Positions 52,128 through 64,000 of a stretch of DNA of 64,000 bases are shown piece by piece. Position 1 is the stretch's first letter. Every line of letters begins with the position of its first letter. The position numbers were made by a program, and so were the translations under genes. The notes below the pieces were generated by a model, which made no database searches, had not been told where the DNA came from, and was given only the letters and a program-made list of their open reading frames with translations. This stretch comes from Octopus vulgaris (Eukaryota): positions 38,812,001-38,876,000 of the forward strand of contig OX597826.1 of assembly GCA_951406725.2 (NCBI GenBank), written 5' to 3'.

Positions 52128-53420
52128 GCAAGCAAAGATGCAGATAAACGTTCCCGGATATTAACAAAATTAGAACAGAACAAAAATTTAACTCTGCAGG
52201 CAGTAACAGAAGAATGTCAGAGAATTATTAATCTACGATATGACACAAATAAAACTGAAGAGAAAGATTGTTCTCAGATTCAGGCGTGTCAACCGGTAAC
52301 GAATAGACAAAAAAATATCAAGACCGAAACCATGTTATGGGTGCGGTGGTCTACATTTTAAAAATAGCTGGCCGTTTAAAAATATAAAATGCTACAAGTG
52401 TGGTAAAACAGGCCATAAATAGTCGCAATGTATAACAGAACCTAAAAAATAGTTTAACAAAAAATCGCGTAAACGGATTATCGGTGACAAAAAATATGAA
52501 TAAGCCTCAAAGAAAATTTGTGTATGTAAAAATTAATAACACAAACGTAAAGATACTATTGGATACAGGCAGTGACATTTCGATAATAAACAAAGATACA
52601 TGGAAAAAGATCGGGACACCTAAATTAAATGGAACCTCGAAAATTGCCCGTGGTGTTACAAGAAAAAATTATATTCTAAGGCTGAATTAATAAAGTAACA
52701 TTACATCTCGTAAAAAAACCTTAAAAGCTAAGGGTTTTGTTCGGTATTGACTGGATGGAACTGTTTAATTTATGGAACCTCCCCATAAATCTTTTCTGTA
52801 AAAATGTAAATGGCTTTTTTTCCCCAGTAAAAATAAGTCGTCAGACGAATTTAAAAAAGAAACTTTTTTTAAGTTTCCTGAAGTTCTGTCCGATAAATTA
52901 GGTCTGTGTACCAAAACGAAACCACGTTTTCAAATACAAGGAAACACCTTACCGACAGTTAAACAAAAACAAACTACTGTTTGCAGCGTTACAACAAATA
53001 AACTTAGTGTTAGAGAAACTAGAAAAAATTGGAATTATCCAAAAAGTGGAATATTCTGAATGGGCAGCACCAACCGTGTTCGTTAAGAAAAAGAATCAGA
53101 GTGTGAGCTGATTTTTATCCACTGGAACTGAACTCTAAGCGTAAGAGATATTAAAACTCTGAGCGGAGTTCAATTCTTAAAAGGGGAGAACATAGGGGAG
53201 ACTGATTATAAAAAGGAGAGATTCCGACGACCCCTCAAGTGACGAAAAGGTGGACTAAATCATTGTTATAAAGTAAAGAACTGTGAGCGATTGGACTTCG
53301 ATGTTGGTAGCAGTTCACTGTGAGCCTTTGATATAGAACGTTGAGTTTCGTGCAGTAGTCATAGAAGTGCGTCGTGCATATACTTTCTTCCGCCCCGCTT
53401 CATTATATTATGTATCAAAT
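52128..53420 (+). mobile_element. Ty3/Gypsy remnant: gag knuckles, protease, RT start, deletion to PPT and possible LTR
   Basis: CYGCGGLH and CYKCGKTGH (zinc knuckles), ILLDTGSDISII (protease), SEWAAPTVFVKKK (RT start), and PPT AAAAGGGGAG at about 53180. Confidence 0.85.
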
Positions 53421-53424
53421 ACAA

Positions 53425-55975
53425 GGATATAAAAGTCTGTTGGTGACGGTACCTAGGACACCTATAACAACTGGAATTACTTTTGTAGTAACCTTCCACA
53501 ATCATCGTATTTCCCTTGCTAAATATTGGTATTTTTCTATTTTTTCTGATCTTTGACTGCTATATTCATACCCGCAGATATAGCCACATCTATGATGGTG
53601 CGCTCCTTTTTTTCCTTCGTCAAGAACCATGATATCTGGTCGCATAGCATAAATTTTGCAATCAATCTAGATATTGTTTTCTCCATTTTGAATTTTTTGT
53701 GGTTTCTGGTGGGGAGGCTTTGATTTGTGCCGCAATTAAAATCCTTCGGTCTCTGTTTTGAGTCCTGAGGTTCTCAACCATTGTTGGGATTTTTCTTTGT
53801 TTATTTCTTTTCTGTTTAGCTTATTCTAATACTTGCCATGTAAGAACTTTTCTAGCCATCGATTTATCATGCTACTTTGTTGTTCCAGTTTTAGTTTGAA
53901 TTTCAGTTGTTTTACAGCTTTTGCTGTTTCCTCTTTTTCTTCATAGTTGTCAGGTACTATGATTTCTTTCTTGTATTTTGATTTGCATAGCCTGCATTGA
54001 GAATCTACTTGGGTTTTGTCAATCTTGGCGTTTATCCAATTAGTCCTTAATGCTCAATCTTGTGCTGCTACTAACAAACTTTCTGTCTCCCTTTTCAGCC
54101 TTCCTTTCTGCGACTACAACCATGTCTCACTATTCGTATTTGCTGCACTATCTTTAAGAATCTACCACATAAAGCCTTCTCTTACCAGCCAGATAACTTC
54201 TGTTTTTTCTTCTGGTTTTTAACCTCGTTTAGTTTTTTGGTTTCCATATGTCTTGCTGTGACTCTAGCAGCTTTTGATAAACTTTCTTCACTATTACCTA
54301 CATAGAAGGTAATATCTACTCTAGCTAGTTCCACCCAGTCTTCTATTGATATTAACCTTCTTCCACCTTCTTTTCTAGGTAAGTATAATCTTGTTACTCC
54401 AAGGTGGAGTCCTCCATTCATATTGAATTCCTTCTTAGTTCTTCTGTCTGGCTTTGCTAATTCAGTTTTTGTCCAATCTACAAAAGCTGCTGAGTATCTA
54501 AGTAATGATACTACCTAAATATTTACAGCCTTCACGAGATTCGGATCATTTAGCTTTGACTTCATAAGCTTCCTCACCCTTCTGATGTACTCCTGCTAAA
54601 TTTTCATTTTCATTTCTATAGTTAGTACTCTGTAAGATTATTCTAATACTCCTATATACTTACAACTCCCCCTTCTTTCAATGATTTTAATGTCTGGCCA
54701 TCTGATAATTCGATGCCTTCGCTATTGACTACCTGTCCCCATTTCATGACAAATATTGCACACTGATCTATGCCAAATTCCACACCTATATTTTGCTGAA
54801 GAGTCTTACAGTATGTATTAAGGAATCTATCTTTTTTTCATTCTTACTAAAAAGCTTCAGATCATCCATGTAGAGCAAGTGATTAATTTTTCACTTAGCA
54901 TTTCTGAACCCCGACTTTGCCTTCCTTGATACTAAACTGAGGGGGATCAAACATAAGACAAATATAAAATGGGATAACGAGTCCCCTTGGAAAATTCCTC
55001 TCTTGATATTAACTTTCATTAAGAGTGTGTTACTTGATTAGAGATCTACTTTCCATTTCTTCATGCTCAAGTTAATTAATTCTCTTATGTTGTCTGCTAT
55101 ACTGAATATACTCAAACATTCACTTATCCATAAGTGTGGGATCATGTCATAGGCTTTCTTATTATCTATCCATGCTATTGTTAGATTTTTCTTTGTAGCT
55201 TTTATTTTATTGAGAACTACTTTGTCTATGTATAATAGATCATGTCTTCCTTTAGCCTTCTTTCTGCAACCTTTCTGTCTTTCTGGCAGTAAATTCTGGT
55301 TGTCAAAGTGCTCGTAAATGTTTCCTGAAAACATTCCTATTAACAGCTTCCACACTAACGGTCTATAATTGCTAGCTATATTACCCTTGCTTTTGTCTTT
55401 CGTAAGGAGTATTGTTCTACCTCGAATCATCCGATCTGGTATTATTCCTCTATTAAGGCAATCCTAAAGTTGTTCCCTCAGCCTCCTATGTAAACTACTA
55501 AATTTCTTTAACCAGTACCCTTGAACTAAATCTGGTCCTGGGCCTTTCCAGTTCAGCATTTTCCCTATCATTTTACTCATGAATGCATAGTTAGTCTTAG
55601 ATCTTGTTGCTTCTCACTACTTCTTCCTTCACTTTCTGTAACCATACTGCATCTCCATTAGGATTGACTGGCTTATCCCAAATATTACACCAGAACTTTC
55701 TAGTTTTTTCTGTATTAGGTTTCTCACTTGTGTCTCATCCTTGCCATACAGTTTCAAATCATCCATGAAGAGGGGTTGGCGGACTGTTTGAGATTTTCCC
55801 TTTAGGTAATATTCCAGATTCTTTTTCCTAAATACCAAAGTCAGAGGGATCATGCAGAGAACAAAAAGCAACAGAGATAAGCTATCACACTGGAAAATCC
55901 TTCTTCTGAGCACAAGCTTTTTCCGTAGGATGTCAGTTCAGTTTTTCATCCCATCATACTTCTCTTCAGGATCAT
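53425..55975 (-). mobile_element. Cluster of R4/Dong-like remnants (53425-53990; 54030-55628; 55629-55975)
   Basis: GPDLVQGYWLK, NIASNYRPL, QKGCRK, AWIDNKKAYDMIPH, RGIFQGDSLS, LLYMDDLKL and RLYLPRKEGG; a second RRIFQCDSLS / LFMDDLKLY; and QWLRTSGLK / PDIMV. Confidence 0.85.
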
Positions 55976-56769
55976 TATTATTATTATTGTTGTTCTTGTT
56001 GTTCTTGTTGTCGTTATCTATTTGCTCGAACGTGCTTACATCGACCCTGAAGGTTTGTCAGCTTTGGTTATTGTCCAGGACCTCAAGCTTACTGGTTAGA
56101 TCCAGAAAGATTCATTGTATCTCGAGAGCAAGGCGTTTCTGTAACAGCACCGCTACCCCACCCCATTCCGGATAGCGTAAGAGATGCAAAGATCTCAAAA
56201 TTGCCAAAAATGAGTGCTAAAGCGCATGTTGGAAACCCTGGTCTTGCTGACGTGTATCACATTCATATCTAATGATCACTGAGCAGGCGACCTTGCTTCT
56301 AGAATGACCCTATGCTATGCACATTTATCCTACCTATTCTTAAGGTCACCATATTGGTGGAAAAGTAAACCGACTACTTATCCATTTGGTGGTCCCAGAG
56401 ACCGGATGGCTCAGTCTCCATGAAGTCTTAGATTTCCTTTGGGAAGCTCTTTAAAAGCCTACTGCTGGCTTTTGCATTCAAACTTTCTAGTTATTAGGGA
56501 AATCCTCCCTCAATATATTATATGTATCCAAGTTCAGCCTTATAATTTTTGAAGTTATGTAGTACTTTGAAAGTGCTGAACCTGAAGACTTCTCCTGTTT
56601 CTATATTCTTCGATGAAGGACATCTGGGTTTTTTTTTGTATTTATTAAGTTTATGTTGTTTGTGTGGCCGTCTGCTGCTGCTGCTCTTATATGTGTTTGT
56701 GCTCTCTTTTTTAGGAGGTTGTTGCTACTGATGGTGGTGGAGTTGTTTTTGTGAATGTTTATGTGTATA

Positions 56770-56916
56770 TGTGTAGTAAGAAGCTTTCTTCCTAGCCACA
56801 TGGTTCGGGTTCAGTCCCACTGCATGGCACCTTGAGCAAGTGTCTTCTACTATAGCCTTGAGCCGACCAAAGCCTTGCGAATTAATTTGGTAGACAGAAA
56901 CTGAAAGAAGCCCGTC

Positions 56917-56918
<2 letters not shown>
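56770..56918 (+). mobile_element. SINE family B head, ending in (TA)n
   Basis: GGTTCAGTCCCACTGCATGGCACCTTGAGCAAGTGTCTTCTACTATAGCC. Confidence 0.85.
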
Positions 56919-56970
<52 letters not shown>

Positions 56971-56974
56971 TGCT

Positions 56975-57940
56975 ATTCTATAACCCATGCAATGCTTTCT
57001 GCCCCGAGAGATGTGGCAAACCGGCGAGGAAATCCGTAGAGTCCACCCTGCGCTCCAGTCCGCTGCTCCTCCCGAAAAGCTGGCTGAAATGCTCGTAAAA
57101 AATCTTTCACATCTCCTTGTGTTCGTTTATCAGTTGTCTTTGGTTGTTCATCATAGACCTTATTCTGGCATTGTTGCCATGTTGGGCTTCTACCACACGG
57201 ACCAATCTCGCCGCGTTGATTCCTTCTTGACCCATTGTACGAACCTTCGACCTGACAATGCAACTTTCGTGTTTAGTCTCGAGGTGTTGGTTGAGTGCCA
57301 ATCTCGATGCCAACACTTGGGCTACACTGCCTCTCTCCAATGACTTTTCTAGGTCCTTGACTAAGTTCCTTTCCATTCTATTCTTCTTAGCGGCTAATTT
57401 CTTACTAAATCTAATTGACTCAATTTTAATGGCTCTTTTGAGGGCTCTCCACCATTTGTTGTTAATAATGGCGCCTGTGAGAGCCCTCTTCTCTAACTGA
57501 CTAATCCGGTTCCTGTACTCCTCACAGGTCAAAAACGACCTGTTGAGTTTCCAGTCGCCAGGACCTTGTCTACATATTATATCTAAAACCAGTTTACAGG
57601 ACACAAGTTTGTGGTCGCTGTAGCTAACAAAGTGGAATTGTGGACAACAAGGTGTCTCCTTGTCCTTCCGTCTAACTAAAATTCTATCTAGATAAGATCT
57701 AAAAGATCCGTTGCTATTCGTCCAGGTCCACACTGGAGCGTTCGGAAATTTTAGTCTGTACCGATCTGCTAGCTGAAAGTGACTGAGAAGATCGGCCACG
57801 CCACGAACATTTAAACATCCTACTGTGAGTGTAACCATGAAATGTGGCTTACCTTCTCTCTATCTTCCGTGTCTTGCGGAGTCTTTTCGACTAGGCCCTT
57901 GTACATAGACTTGCAAAAGTCCATTCTTGGAGGGCCTATG
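56975..57940 (-). mobile_element. L1/Tx1-clade LINE remnant: internally deleted AP endonuclease plus linker (ORF 57107-57838)
   Basis: VGCLNVRG is fused directly to ..WTWTNS..SYLDRIL..SDHKLV..GPGDWKLNRSFL. Confidence 0.85.
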
Positions 57941-58504
57941 TTTTTTTAATTAATAACTATGTAATAAACTATAACTGTCTCTGTCAATTTCATAAATTAC
58001 AATCCCTTCCGGAAGAATACATAATGTTTGGTATACTGCATCAAGAGGACATTGTATGTAATGCTTATAATCAAACTGAGGTCAATCACGTTATTAATGT
58101 ATCACACACGGTATTGGAGTGTGAGACAAGAATATTTTTTGCTAGGTCTTCACAGACGAACAATGTTACACCTTGTTTCCGTACTATGCAAGTAGTTCTA
58201 TGTAGTATGTAACCTTATATATGTACTTCTGCATCCAATATGTCTGGGATCAAGTGCATTTCTGTTAGTGTCACACATAATACCTTTTCTGTGTGTGCAA
58301 GTTTTCTTAATTCGGCTTTAAAACTGTTATTGGTATTTGTTATCCGCAATTATTTCTTGTCTTTAACTGGTTTAACTTTAGAGGAGTGGATGTGGAGATC
58401 TAAAAATGTGTCGCAAACTTGTTTTTACCAATTATTTGTTTTTCATTAGTAGTTTCCTCGTAGTTCCTTTCTTAGTGGGTAGGAGGTGTGGTTCATTGAA
58501 GTAG

Positions 58505-58517
58505 TTGCTGCTGCTGC

Positions 58518-58591
<74 letters not shown>

Positions 58592-58680
58592 GAGGAGGAG
58601 GAGGAGGAGGAGAAGAAGAAGAAGAAGAAGAAGAAGAAGAAGAAGAAGAAGAAGAAGAAGAAGAAGAAGAAACAACAACA
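58505..58680. repeat. Compound trinucleotide array (GCT)-(GTA)-(GGA)-(GAA)-(ACA)
   Basis: Directly visible. Confidence 0.97.
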
Positions 58681-59350
58681 CCAGCAGGAAGAAAAGTGGA
58701 GCGTCATAACAGTGAGTCCATTGTTCCCATTACAAGCTGCGTGTAGCGGAGGGAGAGAAATATATGCTGCTTCTTTTTATTATTAATGCTTGAACATTTA
58801 ACCTGTTTTGATGTTGTTGTCAGAAAAAAAGTCTAACACTTTTATGTGTTGCCTAACAGTCAAGTATTTTTTATCAGACTGTCTTTCAGTTTGCTGTTTC
58901 TGATCCATCGAAGTGCTGATGGACCAATTCCCTTGCAACGTATGTGTACATATTGATTTCTTTGGGATTCAACTTGGAAGTTGACCGTTTTCTGATTTTA
59001 AAAATTGTTTCTTCTACAGATGATGCTTCAAAAGTGTTTCTTTCACTCGTAGAAGTTTATCTTTTTTAGTTTTCTTATTATATGATATGATGGGTACCAT
59101 GAATCAGTTAGTTTAAAGACTGTACTTGGAGTTGTATTTTTTTGTCTGGTTGTTACAATTTTTTAAAACAAAACAACTTAAACCGAACCACTTGCGTTAG
59201 CTCTACGAAGAAACAGTGATACGATTTTCATTCGCACTTTGGATTAAAGTAAGGTATTTAGAAATTGAAGAGGTGCTTACAATTATATCACACTTTCATC
59301 CCCCACCCACCCCGAAAATATCGCATTCGTCCCTCTGTTTAGATATTCTG

Positions 59351-59389
<39 letters not shown>

Positions 59390-59393
59390 CATA

Positions 59394-60774
<1,381 letters not shown>

Positions 60775-60780
60775 CGTGCG

Positions 60781-61030
60781 GAGGTGCAATGGTCCAGGAT
60801 CGTGGTTTCGATTCCCAGACCGGGCGTTGTGAGTGTTTATTAAGTGAAAACATCTAAAGCTCCACGAGGCTCCGGCAGGGAGTGGTACCGATCCCTGCTA
60901 TATACTTTCGCCACAACTTTCACTCGTTCTTCCGTTGGCCTGCTCGCTTAGCCAGTGGGGTGGCGTCATTTGAAGGCTAAAAAACAATGCGAAGCGCATT
61001 ATGACCAGCGATTTTTAGCAACACCTGATA
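60781..61030 (+). mobile_element. SINE family C copy
   Basis: GGTTTCGATTCCCAGACCGGGCGTTGTGAGTGTTTAT; homologous to 35682-35860. Confidence 0.75.
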
Positions 61031-61045
61031 GCCTGGTTAGTCACG

Positions 61046-61096
<51 letters not shown>

Positions 61097-61105
<9 letters not shown>

Positions 61106-62320
61106 AAATTAGAGAAATTTTCTGCCAGTGGCTAGCATTCATAAAATAGTCAATAAACAACATCTTATTCATATAAAATTAGTGTACATTTATACACAAA
61201 AGAGGTGACTCTACCAGAACACCTTACACGCTAAAAGGAATAGTGAAAGTCCAAACCACGGTTAAGAGCAATTTCGAAGGGGATGAAAAATAAAAAACAT
61301 TTCCACTAGTTACCACTTGTACCTAGATTTCGAACATTAAAGAACAAATATAATAATTCGTTATCCGTGTTCTTCATCAGCAAGGGCGCTAAAAATTAAC
61401 GTATTATTATAGGACAAATAGACAGCGCATGCTCCATCTTTATGCATTATAATCTTTCAAATCCACCGCGCAAGCACAGTTATAGTCAGCAGCGAATAAA
61501 ATATATGTACCATGTATAATATAACACACACACACACACATGAATATCAAACAAAGAGAATGAGTGCTCCACACCACATTGGTGGATATGATTTCGTTAT
61601 TTGTGCATTATGGCTATCATTAGTTTCATGTTAAGAAAAAAATATCTTAATATCTTAACAAATTTTCAAGCCCATCACATAGAGGGATGGTGTTCGTCTC
61701 CATTTTTTATGAAAACACAAAGTCTTGTGAATTCGCTGAGATTCTCGCAAAGAAGACAATAAATCAAGGGGTGCTGATCTTGGATGAGATCTTTTGAGTA
61801 GTTATCTCCCTTAGATTTGTCTTTTGGGAAAACAGTCATGCTGGGTGGCAAATTTGTTTGCTTTATCTTACATTCTGTGTATATATGATATTCATATATT
61901 TGTGTGCCCAGGTACTTCGTTATGGGGGATATTTCTTCTGTCTGTGGAGTTTGTAAGTTGTATATATTCAATTTTCACATTCAGGGAAAAAAAGCTACCT
62001 TGTAGAGGTTAGTGGTGCAGGTGGTGGTTCCTCTTTGAGGTGTGTAAGTGTGAAATATTGCTTGTGTATACAGGGAGAGAAGATTTCGTCATTAATATTT
62101 AAGATGTTGTCTGTTGACTGTATGATATTTAATTTTTCAGTGATAAAGAGTTCACATTTGGTACCCGCCTTCTGCATTTTCTGGCTTTAGTAATGACGTT
62201 CCATTTTATGTAGGGGTTACTTATTTCTCCTTCTTTCAATGTCCATATCATATTGTATAGGGATGTTGTATGTCTTCTATTTTTGTCTCTGAATGATGCC
62301 ATTTCGTGCGCGCCTGTATA
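61097..62320 (-). mobile_element. Penelope-like remnants: GIY-YIG C-terminal half (61995-62320), RT-thumb-like piece, and 3' terminus with hammerhead
   Basis: SFRDKNRRHTTSLYNMIWTLK..IKWNVI and KCELFITEK..LNINDEIFSPCIH parallel 13730-14000 and 43050-43310. Confidence 0.75.
61316..61384 (-). ncRNA. Type I hammerhead ribozyme with canonical core
   Basis: CTTG-CTGATGA-A-GAACA(large loop)TGTTC-GAAA-TCTAGG-TA-CAAG: stems I and II, near-palindromic stem III, GUA triplet. Confidence 0.8.
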
Positions 62321-62322
62321 CA

Positions 62323-62439
<117 letters not shown>

Positions 62440-62759
62440 ATACATACACACATATGTTCTCCAGAGTTGCCTTGAATATCACTCCCAACTATGATCAGCA
62501 TGCTGTGTGAAATTAATATCTGAACTTGAGGTATAAGTGAGCTTGTTATAAAATATATATAAGCGACAGAGTCAGCAATAATACCGAGAGGTAATATTTA
62601 TCCCCACTTAAACGTGGATGTTCTGTTAGAACAAGTTATACTGCAGTAGATACCATGATAGAAACTCTTATATTGGCTTTTGATTCAAAAGTCACTCTTG
62701 TTTATAAATCCCCGCCATCTCCAGTGCTGAGACCACCAGCTCACTTGATTTCAACCTTC

Positions 62760-62893
62760 CTTGGTCTTGTCAATGATGGATGTTCACTGGCCAATTACGA
62801 CAGCAGCGCCTGTTCTGGCACTATTTTTTGCTTGCGGGGAGATGGGTCGCTTCTATTTCTAGCAGTCAAGCGCCCATCATTGACAAGACCAAG
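62760..62893. repeat. Perfect 20-bp inverted repeat enclosing 94 bp
   Basis: CTTGGTCTTGTCAATGATGG (62760-62779) / CCATCATTGACAAGACCAAG (62874-62893). Confidence 0.9.
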
Positions 62894-62949
62894 TATTAAT
62901 GCTGCCTCTATTGCTTATACATATTTTTAATCAAGCATCAGTAGATCTA

Positions 62950-63300
62950 ACCTCCCTGTTAGAATCACAGACGAGGCCACGCACTAAGAGACTACCTCTC
63001 ACACAACAACTATGTCCGGTTGTGTTTAAAATCAAACACAGTATACTAGAAGACATCTTCTTGTCGAGCGACGTACATAGGATCAACTAAGAGAAACGTT
63101 GAGCGAAAAGACACCAAAGACATCTAAGAGTGAAGACACCTAGGAATGACGGAACATTTCTACAAGGCCACGCCACCCAGTGCTGTATTCCAACAAGGCT
63201 AACACAGTGAAGGGGATTTTTCAACCCCGAGATTACAGAGGCACACTTCATTTGGAGGAAAATACCAAGCCTGAACCACCGTAATGAGATAAATGCATGG
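62950..63300 (+). mobile_element. Decayed GIY-YIG (PLE) remnant
   Basis: VVFKIK followed, after a frameshift, by CRATYIGSTKR. Confidence 0.5.
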
Positions 63301-63499
63301 AAACATATTTGCTGCTTCCAGGAGTATTAACCGACCAAAATTAAGGGAAATTTAAGAACTAAGGAAGTCTGATAGAGTCTTTCATTCGAAAAGCGCTTAC
63401 AACGAAATAAACTATAACACCCAGCAACAAGGCTCACTCTAGGATACATGCTGTCTGCCTACTCATTCAGTCACTCACTTTCTTTTATATCCGAAAACT

Positions 63500-63830
63500 T
63501 ATTGAAGAAAATTAAACTTCCATATATCTTCTTGTACTTTACTGCCTTTCACTGTTCTTTTATTTTCTGTTATCTTCTTTAGAAGTTTTTCTGCTAACGG
63601 CATTATCCTGTTATATATATGCACATATAATGGCAGCCTACACACATACTGATTATAATAAATAACATGGGCTGGAAATGTATTAGTGCTTGATAGATTT
63701 TGTGTAAACATGTTATTAAATCTGAATTTTTTTAATGATTTACAAGAGGAGATTAGAATTTGAAGAGATTCTCTAGGGTATAAATGACAAAGCTTTTGGA
63801 GAAGGTGCGTAATTTTTCAATTTATGTTAT
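63500..63830 (-). mobile_element. Possible PLE RT remnant
   Basis: Decayed FRFNNMF.Q-like peptide. Weak. Confidence 0.3.
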
Positions 63831-64000
63831 AGGGTTATTATTTTCTTTTAGTAATCAGACTAGGTTGGTGTCATTTCCTTCCTTAGAAGTATGGAATGTG
63901 TGTGTGTTTTGAAATATGTTAGCATTGAAACTAATGTCAAATCAAATCAAATCAAATTTATTGGCAGAAGAGCACAATGTGCTTAAGCCATGTAAATTTT

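Overview
This is an AT-rich animal nuclear window made up almost entirely of decayed transposable elements and microsatellites. The SINE families resemble those I recall from octopus genomes; that is an inference from memory, not a database result. I can support no intact host protein-coding gene, and most ORFs in the track are translated microsatellites or pseudogenised TE frames. Recognisable elements are tRNA-headed SINEs of several families, two near full-length mariners, Tc1-like, hAT and Tigger-like DNA elements, a long-TIR element with an 8-bp TSD, RTE, R4/Dong-like, L1/Tx1 and CR1/Jockey-type LINE remnants, three Gypsy remnants, and at least six Penelope-like element (PLE) remnants. 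The most notable signals are: (i) five hammerhead-ribozyme-like folds of different architectures in or near PLE 3' ends; (ii) a PLE GIY-YIG nuclease whose GIY and YIG motifs are about 1 kb apart, separated by largely in-frame low-complexity coding sequence; (iii) a guild of (TAA)n-targeting retroelements, one of which landed in the poly-Asn codons of a PLE; (iv) several nested insertions, two with exact TSDs; and (v) an apparent CpG-decayed central domain. All calls were made by eye, and boundaries are approximate unless a TSD or TIR is quoted.
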